Below are positions 53,993 to 63,670 of a stretch of 64,000 nt of DNA, piece by piece. Where the stretch lies: NCBI GenBank assembly GCA_036726225.1, contig DAIMCS010000001.1, positions 397,856 through 461,855 of the forward strand. Direction: 5' to 3'. Every line of letters begins with the position of its first letter. Position 1 is the stretch's first letter. Made by a program: the position numbers and the translations under genes. The notes beneath the pieces were generated by a model that saw nothing but the letters and a program-made list of their open reading frames with translations, made no database searches and was not told where the DNA came from. This DNA comes from Patescibacteria group bacterium (lineage in GTDB: Bacteria > Patescibacteriota > Doudnabacteria > UBA920).

Positions 53993-55048
53993 CTAGCCGC
54001 GGGACATTTTTTCATATACTTTTTTTGTTTCTTCCAGCATTTTTTCCCGGGTAAACAGCTTTGACCGCGCAAGGGCCTTTTGGGATAACAGGTCGGCCAG
54101 TTCCTGGTCCGTAATTATTTTATCTACCGCTTCTACCAGGGCTTTAGGGTTTTCCGGTTCCACTAACAACCCGGCATCGCCCAAAGCTTCCGGAATGCCG
54201 CCAACTCTGGTTGCCACAATCGGCAAGCCGGCGGCCATGGCTTCTAGAACTACAAAAGGGAAGCCTTCTTTTCTGGAAGGTACGGCTAAAATGTCAAAAG
54301 CTTTTAAGTAAATTTGGGCATCTTTTACAAACCCCAGGTATTTAATGTTGTCTGTGGATTTTTTTTCATCCGACACGTTACCAATAATCACGGTTAAACA
54401 GTTGGACGACAGCGCTTTTTCCATTATATCCAAACCTTTGGTTTTGTACTCGTTAGCTATGGTCACCACAAGTTCTTTGTCTAAAGGCAGCCCAAGTTTT
54501 TGTCTGGCTTCCTGCCGCGGTAAAAAATTTATCTGGTCAATGCCGTTATGGATGGTGGAAATTTTGTCAGGCAAGGTTAAGTTATAGTCCATTGCGGACT
54601 TTCTGTCTGCTTCGGACACGCAAATAATGTAGTCGCGGTAAGAAGAAGCCGCTTTTTCCAAAGCTAAATAAAAAGATTTTAAAATCCAAGGCAGCGGCTC
54701 GTTGAAAATAAACCCGTGCGCGGTAAATACGACTTTAGTTTTAAGGCCTATGGCGGCAAAGCTGCCCACCACTCCGGCTTTGCTGGAATTTAAATGGACA
54801 ATCTCGGGCTTGTAGCTTTTAATTAGCTGCCGAATTTCCCAAACCGCCATAAAATCGTGCCAGGGGTTAATGGCTCGCCTTAAATGTTTTAGCGTAAAAG
54901 TATAAAGGCCCAAAGCGCGGGCTTCGTCAAACAGCTTGGGACTTTCCTCACCGGCGGCAATTGCGCCTTCAAAATGTTTGGCCAGATCCAGTGTGTATTT
55001 TTGGGCCCCGCCACCGTCAGCTTGGGTTATTATGTATAGTATTTTCAT
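53993..55048 (-). CDS. glycosyltransferase family 4 (GT-B)
   Basis: N-terminal GGAQ… and C-terminal EGFPFVVLEAMAAGLP motif. Confidence 0.8.
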   Translation of the reverse strand: MKILYIITQADGGGAQKYTLDLAKHFEGAIAAGEESPKLFDEARALGLYTFTLKHLRRAINPWHDFMAVWEIRQLIKSYKPEIVHLNSSKAGVVGSFAAIGLKTKVVFTAHGFIFNEPLPWILKSFYLALEKAASSYRDYIICVSEADRKSAMDYNLTLPDKISTIHNGIDQINFLPRQEARQKLGLPLDKELVVTIANEYKTKGLDIMEKALSSNCLTVIIGNVSDEKKSTDNIKYLGFVKDAQIYLKAFDILAVPSRKEGFPFVVLEAMAAGLPIVATRVGGIPEALGDAGLLVEPENPKALVEAVDKIITDQELADLLSQKALARSKLFTREKMLEETKKVYEKMSRG

Positions 55049-55206
55049 TTGATGATTTAAAAATAGAATATTTAAAGATAGAAAATTGCGTAATCTTTAA
55101 ATCTTTAAATTTTCAATCTTTCAATTATTGTTGATTGATTTATTGCCGTATTTATGGTAATTTATCTTAGTATAAAGTATAACGAATAAAGTATAAAGGC
55201 CTAAAA

Positions 55207-56223
55207 ATGTCAGATAAAAAAATTGCATTAGTTACGGGTATCACCGGCCAGGACGGTTCTTACCTGGCGGAATTACTACTCTCTAAGGGCTACGAAGTCC
55301 ACGGCATTGTGCGCCGCGCCAGTGTTTTTAACACCGAAAGAATAGACCATATTTACCAGGATCCGCACGAGTCCCACAGGCGGCTGTTTTTACATTACGG
55401 CGACTTGTCCGACGCTTCCAATTTAAATCAGCTGCTTAAAACCATTAAGCCGGACGAAATTTACAACCTTGGCGCGCAAAGCCACGTAAAGGTGAGTTTT
55501 GAAATTCCGGAATACACGGCCAACGTGGACGCGCTTGGGACTTTAAGATTGCTGGACGCAATTCGGGAAAGCGGCATCCCAACCAAACTTTACCAGGCCG
55601 GGTCTTCGGAAATGTTTGGGGATGTTTTAGAAACCCCGCAAAAAGAAACTACGCCTTTTAACCCCGCCTCTCCATACGGCGCTTCCAAAGTTTTTGGTTT
55701 TCACATTTGTAAAAATTACCGTATTGCTTACAATATGTTTATTTGTAACGGCATTTTGTTTAACCACGAATCTCCCAGGCGCGGCAAAACTTTTGTCACC
55801 CGTAAAATTACCACGGGCATTGCCGCAATTTTAGCCGGCCGGCAGGAAAAAATATATTTGGGAAATTTAGACGCCAAAAGGGACTGGGGTTTTGCTCCGG
55901 AATATGTTGAGGCTATGTGGAAAATGCTGCAGCAGGAAAAACCGGACGACTATGTTATTGCAACAGCTCAGACCCACTCCATTCGCGAATTTTTAGACGA
56001 AGCTTTTAAGCTGGTAAATATTGACAATTGGGAAAAATACATTGGCGTAGACCCGGCATACTACCGCCCCCAGGAAGTTAATTTGCTTTTGGGAGACCCT
56101 TCCAAAGCCAAAAAAAACTTAGGTTGGGAGCCAAAAGTTAAATTTAAAGAGCTTGTCAAAATAATGCTTGAGGCAGACCTAAAAGAAGCCGGCCTTGATC
56201 CGGTAAGATATTTAAAGATTTAA
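55207..56223 (+). CDS. gmd: GDP-mannose 4,6-dehydratase
   Basis: [28 protein letters not shown]…, YGASK. Confidence 0.9.
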   Translation: MSDKKIALVTGITGQDGSYLAELLLSKGYEVHGIVRRASVFNTERIDHIYQDPHESHRRLFLHYGDLSDASNLNQLLKTIKPDEIYNLGAQSHVKVSFEIPEYTANVDALGTLRLLDAIRESGIPTKLYQAGSSEMFGDVLETPQKETTPFNPASPYGASKVFGFHICKNYRIAYNMFICNGILFNHESPRRGKTFVTRKITTGIAAILAGRQEKIYLGNLDAKRDWGFAPEYVEAMWKMLQQEKPDDYVIATAQTHSIREFLDEAFKLVNIDNWEKYIGVDPAYYRPQEVNLLLGDPSKAKKNLGWEPKVKFKELVKIMLEADLKEAGLDPVRYLKI

Positions 56224-56286
56224 AAAAAGAAAAATAAAAAGATTAATAATTTTTGAATTTTAAATTTTTCTATTTTTAAATTATTT

Positions 56287-57063
56287 ATGAAATTATTAAG
56301 TTTAAACATTTGGGGCGCAAGCCAAGGTAAAATATTTTTTGACTATATTGCACAACAATCGGTAAATACCGATATTTTTTGTTTTCAGGAAGTTTTTGAA
56401 GGGCCAAAGGAGTTTAAATTCGATCCTCTAGCAGACGGCACTCATCCGCGCTTGTTTACGGAATTGTCAGAAGCTTTAAAAGATTTTGTAGGCTTTTATG
56501 CGGTTACTTCTAAACACCATAGTTTGAAAACCGCTGTGCAAAATTTGTCCCACGGATTGGCTATTTTTGTGCATAAAAAACATGTGGTCACAGAGCAAAA
56601 TTTTAGTTTAATCCACGGTTCTCAAGCCCAAGAGGTAAAGTTAGACTTTACTAATTTGCCTTGTATACTTCAGTACGCACATGTTGGGAATTTAAATGTA
56701 TTTAATTACCACGGCATTCCTATGCCCGGGGACAAGTTAGATACCAAGGAGAGAATTGCGGCCTCACAAAAAATTTTGGAAGTTATGGCAAAAACATCCG
56801 GCCCTAAAATTTTATGCGGGGATTTTAATTTAATGCCTGACACAGAGAGCGTGCGTATGTTTGGGGAGGCAGGATTTAAGAATTTAATTAAAGATTTTAA
56901 AATTACCAACACCCGCAACGAAATTTCGTGGAATATGTACAGCAATAAGCAGTCTTTTGCGGACTTTACTTTTATTTCGCCCGAAATAAAAGTAAAGTCC
57001 TTTGAAGTGCCGTATAATTTAGTTTCCGATCATTTACCAATGGTAATGCAATTTCAAATTTAA
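56287..57063 (+). CDS. endonuclease/exonuclease/phosphatase (EEP) family protein
   Basis: LSLNIWG N-terminus, C-terminal SDHLP motif. Confidence 0.65.
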   Translation: MKLLSLNIWGASQGKIFFDYIAQQSVNTDIFCFQEVFEGPKEFKFDPLADGTHPRLFTELSEALKDFVGFYAVTSKHHSLKTAVQNLSHGLAIFVHKKHVVTEQNFSLIHGSQAQEVKLDFTNLPCILQYAHVGNLNVFNYHGIPMPGDKLDTKERIAASQKILEVMAKTSGPKILCGDFNLMPDTESVRMFGEAGFKNLIKDFKITNTRNEISWNMYSNKQSFADFTFISPEIKVKSFEVPYNLVSDHLPMVMQFQI

Positions 57064-57091
57064 AGATTAAAAAATAGAAAATTTAAACATT

Positions 57092-57484
57092 ATGAAATAC
57101 CAACAATTTGAAGATTTGCCAGTTTGGCAGCAATCGAGGCAGTTTGTTAACCAGGTTTATGGATTAATAGAACATAATCAAAAATTCAGCCGCGATTTTT
57201 CTTTGGTAGATCAGTTAAAACGAGCAGCTTTTTCTATTATGCTCAATATAGCTGAAGGATTTGAACGCGGAAGCAATAAGGAATTTGCAAATTTTATTAA
57301 TATAGCCAAAGGTTCCGCCGGGGAAGTCCGTTCAATCCTATATATACTTTTAGATCGTCGGTATGTTTCAGCAGATTTTTTTGAGGCCTCAAAAAAAGAA
57401 ATTTTGGAAATTTCTTCCAGTCTTTCTAATTTTAGAAAATATTTAGTAAACCATAATGAGTATAAAAAACTCCTGCCCCGATAA
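57092..57484 (+). CDS. four-helix-bundle protein (TIGR02436 / 23S-IVS family), second copy
   Basis: LPVWQQSRQFVNQVYGL…MLNIAEGFERGS…AKGSAGEVRS. Confidence 0.75.
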   Translation: MKYQQFEDLPVWQQSRQFVNQVYGLIEHNQKFSRDFSLVDQLKRAAFSIMLNIAEGFERGSNKEFANFINIAKGSAGEVRSILYILLDRRYVSADFFEASKKEILEISSSLSNFRKYLVNHNEYKKLLPR

Positions 57485-57513
57485 TCTTTAAATTTTAAAT
57501 CTTTTATTTTTAA

Positions 57514-58572
57514 ATGCTCAAACTACTATTTTGCGGACTTAAATACGAATATGGTAAGGCTTTTGCAGGGCTTTCTTTTGAGCATCAAAATTTTTTTGAG
57601 GTCTTAAGTCAAATACAGGGCATTGAAGCGGAAATGTTTGCGGTAGATGAAGTAATGCAGTCAGTTGGCCGGGACGAGATGAATAAAAAACTTATCCAAA
57701 AGGTGGAAGCGGACAAGCCCGATCTGCTGTTTTGTTTTCTTTTTACCGAAGAGCTAAAAAAAGAAACTATAGAGCATATTACAAAAAAAACTTCCACTAA
57801 AACTTTTAATTGGTTTGCCGATGACCATTGGCGTTTTCCCATCTATTCAAAATATTGGGCGCCATTGTTTACCGCTGTTTCCACTACCGACTCTCAGGCA
57901 GTTGAAAAATATAAAACAGTTGGCGTAGACGCTATCAAAACCCAGTGGGCGGCAAATGTAAACTTATATAAACCTAGTCAGTATACTGTAGACAGTAAAC
58001 AGTATGTAGATATTACTTTTGTGGGGAAAAATTATGGCAACAGAGCCGAATACATACAAACGCTAAAAGATAATCACATTTCTGCAGAAGGATATGGCAG
58101 TGGCTGGGAGAAGGGAAGGGTTGATTTTACCGATATGCTTGAAATTTTTAGTAATTCCAAAGTAAATTTAAATTTTACGGAAAGTTATTTTAACTGGCCG
58201 AAACAGCTAGTAAAGTTATTTGTAAAAAAAGAATTTGGCAGGTATTACTTTAATGCTCATCATCTGGTATCAAATTTCCAGTCCTTGCTGGGAGCCAAGC
58301 GCAAACAAATAAAAGGCAGGATTTTTGAAGTTCCTGCTTGTGGTGGTTTTCTTATTACAGGGGATGCAGATAATTTACGTGACTATTATGTTGAGGACAA
58401 AGAAATTGTAATTTTTAAAGACAAAAATGACTTAGTCGAAAAATGTAAATATTACTTAGCTCACGACAGTGAGAGGCAAGCTATAGCTAAGGCCGGATAT
58501 GAACGGACAATAAAAGAGCACACTTACGAGCAAAGGTTTAAGGAAATTTTTAAGACCTTAGATCTAATGTAA
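57514..58572 (+). CDS. CgeB-like / DUF3880-type glycosyltransferase
   Basis: C-terminal GT-B-like half …FEVPACGGFLITGDADNLRDYY…. Confidence 0.55.
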   Translation: MLKLLFCGLKYEYGKAFAGLSFEHQNFFEVLSQIQGIEAEMFAVDEVMQSVGRDEMNKKLIQKVEADKPDLLFCFLFTEELKKETIEHITKKTSTKTFNWFADDHWRFPIYSKYWAPLFTAVSTTDSQAVEKYKTVGVDAIKTQWAANVNLYKPSQYTVDSKQYVDITFVGKNYGNRAEYIQTLKDNHISAEGYGSGWEKGRVDFTDMLEIFSNSKVNLNFTESYFNWPKQLVKLFVKKEFGRYYFNAHHLVSNFQSLLGAKRKQIKGRIFEVPACGGFLITGDADNLRDYYVEDKEIVIFKDKNDLVEKCKYYLAHDSERQAIAKAGYERTIKEHTYEQRFKEIFKTLDLM

Positions 58573-58641
58573 AAAAACAACCGCAGACAACCCAAGGTAG
58601 TGCATTCCTTGTTTGTCTGCGGTTTTTGGTTTGTACGGTTG

Positions 58642-59466
58642 TTAGTTTTGGGCGACTATGTCGCCATCATAGGGGATTGTAATATTTCCCCCAAAGCCGG
58701 ACCTGCGGCAATCATCGTAGATTGCTTCGTTCGGATCCTGGCCGCTGAAGTGAAATAAAACCAAATGCCGCACTCCGGCTTCTTTGGCCATTTCGCCTGC
58801 TTGCCTTGGTGTCATATGTCCGTATTTGGCAGCTGAATTGAAATCGTCAATCCTTGCAGAAATTTCGCAGAGAAACAAGTCCGCGTCTTTTGCAAGTTCG
58901 ACAAGTGTAGGACAACGAGCAGTATCGCCGGAGTAGACAAACACTTCTCCGCCCGGCATTTCCAGCCTCGATCCGTTGCAATCCGTCTTTCCCTGGCTAT
59001 GGAAGACAGGCAACATCGTAAGTTCAGCCTTGCCAATTCGGTTTTCTTGTTCGGTATGGAAAGCGACTTCAATATTGCCGGGAAAGTTTCCGTCCAACTG
59101 TGGGAGCTGGAGTTTTACAATCTGGCGAAACGCCGCCTCCACACTCGGATGGCAGAAAACATCAAGCTTGAAATTTTGCCCCTTAAAACGCGGATCCCAG
59201 TCCGGTGTGGCCGAGAGAGCTTGAATGAGCTCTGCTGCACAGAAGTGGTCGGGGTGCACATGAGAAATAAAAACTTTCCTTATGTCACCGATGCTCATGA
59301 AGCGCTGACCGAGTCTGTAAGTGCTCCCGCCCGGATACTCAATAAGCAGATGCTTTTGGGAGTTATTTTCATGCCAGGTCAGCAAAAATCCCGGTGGACT
59401 TCGGTCAGTTTTAATTTCAGGTAAGTTGTGAACGCAAATCCCGGTCCCGAAGATGTTCAGAATCAT
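58642..59466 (-). CDS. metallo-beta-lactamase-fold hydrolase
   Basis: HxHxDH motif ISHVHPDHF; start taken at internal ATG (MILNIFGTG). Confidence 0.65.
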   Translation of the reverse strand: MILNIFGTGICVHNLPEIKTDRSPPGFLLTWHENNSQKHLLIEYPGGSTYRLGQRFMSIGDIRKVFISHVHPDHFCAAELIQALSATPDWDPRFKGQNFKLDVFCHPSVEAAFRQIVKLQLPQLDGNFPGNIEVAFHTEQENRIGKAELTMLPVFHSQGKTDCNGSRLEMPGGEVFVYSGDTARCPTLVELAKDADLFLCEISARIDDFNSAAKYGHMTPRQAGEMAKEAGVRHLVLFHFSGQDPNEAIYDDCRRSGFGGNITIPYDGDIVAQN

Positions 59467-59563
59467 TGTTGCCTCCTTAGAAAAGAACCAGATTAAATAT
59501 TTTACTGGTTTTAATGGCTTTTGTAAATAGTCAAAAAATGCTATTATCAATGGGTAAAAGCTT

Positions 59564-60514
59564 ATGTTTAATTTAAAAAATGCAAAAATTTTACTGACCG
59601 GCGGGCATGGATTTTTGGGAAAGAAAGTTTTCCAGGAATTGTTGAAGGCGGGGGCAAAGGCTGAACATATATCTGTTCCCAGGTCTAGAGATTTAGATTT
59701 GCGTGTAGCCGAAAGCTGCGCCAGGGCCGTTAAAAATAAAGACTTAATTATTCATTTGGCGGCAAATGTCGGCGGCATTGGTTATAATAACGAAAACCCG
59801 GGCCCGATTTTTTACGACAACGCCGCTATGGGCGTGAATTTAATAGAAGCCTCCCGTAAAGCCAAAGTAAAAAAATTTGTGCAAATTGGCACGGTTTGCG
59901 CGTACCCCAAGTTCCCGCCCCACATTCCGTTTAGGGAGGACGACTTATGGTCAGGTTATCCGGAAGAAACCAACGCGCCTTACGGCATTGCAAAAAAAAT
60001 GCTGCTGACAATGCTGGAAGCTTACCGCCGGCAGTACAAAATGAACGGGATTTTTTTATTGCCCGTAAATTTGTACGGGCCCGGCGACAACTTTAATCCC
60101 AAGCAGTCCCACGTAATCCCTGCACTCATTAAAAAATTTGTAGACTCCAAACAAAAAAATCAAAAACAAGTTATAGTTTGGGGGACCGGCAGGCCATCTA
60201 GGGAATTTTTGTATGTAGACGACGCTGCCCGGGCAATAGTTTTAGCAGTATTAAAATACAACAAAGCTGAGCCGGTTAATTTGGGCAGCAGTTACGAAAT
60301 AAAAATAAAAGATCTGGTCACAATTATTGCCAGGCTCACCGGTTTTAAAGGTAAAATTGTCTGGGACAAAACCAAGCCCGACGGGCAGCCAAGAAGAAAA
60401 CTAGACGTAAAAAGAGCGAAAAAAGAATTTGGGTTCGTTTCTCAAGTTAAATTTGAAGATGGTTTAAAGAAGACAATTGCTTGGTACAGGGCTAATAAGC
60501 TTAAATTAAAATAA
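59564..60514 (+). CDS. fcl: GDP-L-fucose synthase (GDP-4-keto-6-deoxymannose 3,5-epimerase/4-reductase)
   Basis: NLYGPGDNFNPKQSHVIPALI, VWGTGRPSREFLYVDD, KPDGQPRRKLDV. Confidence 0.85.
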   Translation: MFNLKNAKILLTGGHGFLGKKVFQELLKAGAKAEHISVPRSRDLDLRVAESCARAVKNKDLIIHLAANVGGIGYNNENPGPIFYDNAAMGVNLIEASRKAKVKKFVQIGTVCAYPKFPPHIPFREDDLWSGYPEETNAPYGIAKKMLLTMLEAYRRQYKMNGIFLLPVNLYGPGDNFNPKQSHVIPALIKKFVDSKQKNQKQVIVWGTGRPSREFLYVDDAARAIVLAVLKYNKAEPVNLGSSYEIKIKDLVTIIARLTGFKGKIVWDKTKPDGQPRRKLDVKRAKKEFGFVSQVKFEDGLKKTIAWYRANKLKLK

Positions 60515-61140
60515 TGAAAATTTTGGAAATAAAAACTTTGGTTTTACCGGAAGTGAAGATTATTGAATTTGAACGTTTTGCCGATGAACGCGGTTATTTT
60601 ACTGAAACTTACCGTGCAGAAGACCTGGCCGCTTTAGATTTTTTAAAAGGTATTAAATTTCAGCAGCAAAACGAAAGCTTTTCTAAAGCCAATGTAATGC
60701 GCGGTTTACATTTTCAGTGGAGCCCGCCTATGGGTAAAATGGTGCGGACAGTTTTTGGCCATATGGTGGATATGGTTATGGACATTCGCCAAGGCTCGCC
60801 TAACTTTGGCAAAATAATTTTATATAACATGCCCTCACACCCGGATCAAAATCGGAGCCAATGGATTTGGGTTCCGCCCGGGTTTGCCCACGGTAATTTT
60901 TTTACAGAGCCAACTTTAATTCAATATTTCTGCACCGAAGCCTACAAGCCTGAAAGTGAGGCAGGCATATCTCCATTATCGGCCGACCTTAACTGGTCGT
61001 TATGTGATCTTGAGCTAAACGAACTTTTTACTCAGCTTAAAGCCCGGGCCACCATTAGCGAGAAAGATAAAAATAATATGAGCTTAAGCCAGTGGAAGCA
61101 AGACAGCCGTAGCGAGAATTTTATATATGGCAGAGAATAA
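60514..61140 (+). CDS. dTDP-4-dehydrorhamnose 3,5-epimerase-like cupin (RmlC family)
   Basis: RmlC-family cupin core motifs. Confidence 0.7.
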   Translation: MKILEIKTLVLPEVKIIEFERFADERGYFTETYRAEDLAALDFLKGIKFQQQNESFSKANVMRGLHFQWSPPMGKMVRTVFGHMVDMVMDIRQGSPNFGKIILYNMPSHPDQNRSQWIWVPPGFAHGNFFTEPTLIQYFCTEAYKPESEAGISPLSADLNWSLCDLELNELFTQLKARATISEKDKNNMSLSQWKQDSRSENFIYGRE

Positions 61141-61999
61141 AAAAAAAGTTTTAGTTTTTGGGAATGGGCAACTGGGATACGATTTAATTCGAGTTTTAAA
61201 AAATGACTTCGAAGTCGTGGCTTTGGATCGTCAGGCAGTTGATGTAACTGACAAGCAAGCAGTCATCTCGGCCGTAAAGCAGGCAAATCCCGTTTTTGTA
61301 ATTAATGCCACGGCTTATAATAAAGTTGAGCAGGCTGAAAGTGAAAGGGACTTAGCTTTTCAAATTAACTCGCAAGCTGTCTGTAATTTAGGAGAAGCGG
61401 CAAAATTAGTTGATGCAATTTTTGTTCACGTTAGCACAGACTACGTTTTTGACGGAAGCCGTGATTTTTTTAAGGAGTCTGACGAACCTAACCCTTTAAA
61501 TGCATACGGCGCTTCTAAGCTGGAAGGGGAGAGCAAACTTAAGGACATTGGCGGAAAATTCTATTTAATCAGAACCAGTTCAGTTTTTGGGGTAAAACAA
61601 TCAGGGCAGAAAATGAATTTTGTAGATAAAATTATATCCCTGGCAAAAGAAGGAAAGCCTTTAAAGGTGGTAGCTGACCAAATTATGAGTCCAACCTATT
61701 CCTTAGACTTAGCCAATAAAATAAAAGAGATAATGGAAAAATTGCCTGCTTTTGGAATTTATCATATAACCAACCAGGGAAGCTGCTCATGGTATGAATT
61801 TGCCAAAGAAATTTTAGAAAATATGGGTTTGAAGGCTAATCTTGATAAAATAACCGCAGCAGAAAGCGGGAGCAAAGTTATTCGTCCAAAAATTAGCGTT
61901 TTAAAAAACACAGCATTGCTAAGCGCAGGTATAAACCTGTTACCATCATGGCAGGATGCAGTGGGCAGGTATTTGAAAGAAAAATATGGACCCCGTTAG
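61127..61999 (+). CDS. dTDP-4-dehydrorhamnose reductase-like (RmlD family)
   Basis: VLVFGNGQLG Rossmann N-terminus, YGASK. Confidence 0.7.
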   Translation: MAENKKKVLVFGNGQLGYDLIRVLKNDFEVVALDRQAVDVTDKQAVISAVKQANPVFVINATAYNKVEQAESERDLAFQINSQAVCNLGEAAKLVDAIFVHVSTDYVFDGSRDFFKESDEPNPLNAYGASKLEGESKLKDIGGKFYLIRTSSVFGVKQSGQKMNFVDKIISLAKEGKPLKVVADQIMSPTYSLDLANKIKEIMEKLPAFGIYHITNQGSCSWYEFAKEILENMGLKANLDKITAAESGSKVIRPKISVLKNTALLSAGINLLPSWQDAVGRYLKEKYGPR

Positions 62000-62088
62000 A
62001 AGTCGCTCACTATCAAGATAACAGGAAAATTATAATAATATTTTTAAAACATTGAAAAGTTTAATATTTAAAATTAACTTCTAACGGG

Positions 62089-63639
62089 GTGGATAACCAA
62101 TCTCTCTCCTACAAAACTTTAAAGAATTCAGCCTGGGGCTTTTTGGGTTATGTTATACCCATCCTTTTTTCTATTGTTGTAACTCCGGTTATCATCCACA
62201 AGCTGGGTATTGTAGATTATGGTGTTTTTGTTCTGGCTAATACCATAATTGCATTTTTGAGTTTGCTGGATTTTGGCTTTACTATTTCACTAATTAAGTA
62301 CGCTTCGGAAAATTATGCCAAGGGTGAAATTTCAGAGCTCAACAGCCTGCTGAACGCCGGACACAGTTTATATTTAGCAATAGGCGTAGTTGGTTTTGTG
62401 GTTTTTTATTTGGTGGGAACTTTTTTTCTGCCAATATTTAAAATTTCCGGTTCCAGCGTGTCTCATATTGGAATAGTTTTTTTGCTCGCGGGGCTTACAT
62501 TTTTTTTCTCCAGCCTGCTTTCTGTTTATCAGGTTGTTCCCCATGCCCTGCAGCGTTTTGACGTTACCACCAAACTTACCACTTCTCAGTTAATAATTGG
62601 GCAAATAGCCACCCTTATTGCCGTTTTGCTTGGCTATAAGTTGAAAGTAATGTTTTTAATAAGCTTAGTTACTACAATCGGCCTGTTTTTAGGATATAAA
62701 TGGTTTTGCAAAAGGTTGCTCCCGCAGGCTGAATTTGGTTTTTCTTTAAACCGGCAAGCTCTAAAAAAGATTTTTTACTTTGGCGGTTTTGCGGCCTTAA
62801 ATAATATTTCCTCCAGCGCATTAATACAGCTGGATCGTTTGATTATTCCGATTCTCTTAGGGCCGGCCCAGTTAAGCTATTACAGTGTTCCGGGCGGAGC
62901 GGTTACCAAAATTCCCGGATTTACCAGCAGTTTTTCAGGAATCTTTTTCCCGCTGTCCAGCAGTATGCAATCTTTGGGGGAAATGGACAGGCTAAAAGTT
63001 GTTTATATAAAAGCTTTTAGAAATTTAAGCGTACTGGCTGCGGCCTTAACTTTTGCTTTGGTTATTTTTGCACGCAAGATTTTGTATTTTTGGATAGGCC
63101 CGGAGTTTGCGGAAAATAGCACGGAAATTTTAGTTATCTTGGCGCTAACGCATTATGTTTTGGCCCTTTACGCGCCGTTGACTAATTTTTTGCTGGGCTT
63201 AGGCAAACTTAAAATCTTAGCTTTCAATTCCGTGGTCTTGGCCATAATTAACCTGATCCTGCTTGTAATTTTAATTCCGAAAATGGGAATTATTGGCGCA
63301 GCTTGGGCGTATTTAATTAGCGTGCTGCCTATGGTGTTTATTTTTTATTGGACAGAAAAAAAAGTTTTATTTTTAAGCGGCATTACCAAATTTTATTTGA
63401 GGCTTTACGCAAAACTAATTTGCACGGCAGCCGTTTCTTTTGTAATTGTAAAATTCCTGCTTTTGCCGCTTACGGTTAGCATCCAAACCCTGGTAGTATT
63501 TGGACCGCTATCAATTTTAATATTTTTGTCAGTTTACAAATTATTGGGTTTTGTTGACCAAGAAGACTGGGATTTGGCTAAAGGGTTTGCCTCGCAAGCT
63601 TTAGTGAGGTTGGGTTTGAAGAATGCTAAGGTAGATTGA
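62089..63639 (+). CDS. MOP-superfamily oligosaccharide flippase (Wzx-like)
   Basis: About 14 TM helices, typical Wzx size and topology. Confidence 0.65.
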   Translation: MDNQSLSYKTLKNSAWGFLGYVIPILFSIVVTPVIIHKLGIVDYGVFVLANTIIAFLSLLDFGFTISLIKYASENYAKGEISELNSLLNAGHSLYLAIGVVGFVVFYLVGTFFLPIFKISGSSVSHIGIVFLLAGLTFFFSSLLSVYQVVPHALQRFDVTTKLTTSQLIIGQIATLIAVLLGYKLKVMFLISLVTTIGLFLGYKWFCKRLLPQAEFGFSLNRQALKKIFYFGGFAALNNISSSALIQLDRLIIPILLGPAQLSYYSVPGGAVTKIPGFTSSFSGIFFPLSSSMQSLGEMDRLKVVYIKAFRNLSVLAAALTFALVIFARKILYFWIGPEFAENSTEILVILALTHYVLALYAPLTNFLLGLGKLKILAFNSVVLAIINLILLVILIPKMGIIGAAWAYLISVLPMVFIFYWTEKKVLFLSGITKFYLRLYAKLICTAAVSFVIVKFLLLPLTVSIQTLVVFGPLSILIFLSVYKLLGFVDQEDWDLAKGFASQALVRLGLKNAKVD

Positions 63640-63670
63640 TATTGCTCGGTTTTTCTAGTAGAATCAATTT

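Noticed and set aside
58642-59550. Full 302-aa extent of the MBL-fold ORF
   Set aside because: The first 28 codons have no RBS and overlap the divergent fcl promoter region; the internal ATG (MILNIFGTG) preceded by GGAGG is the preferred start
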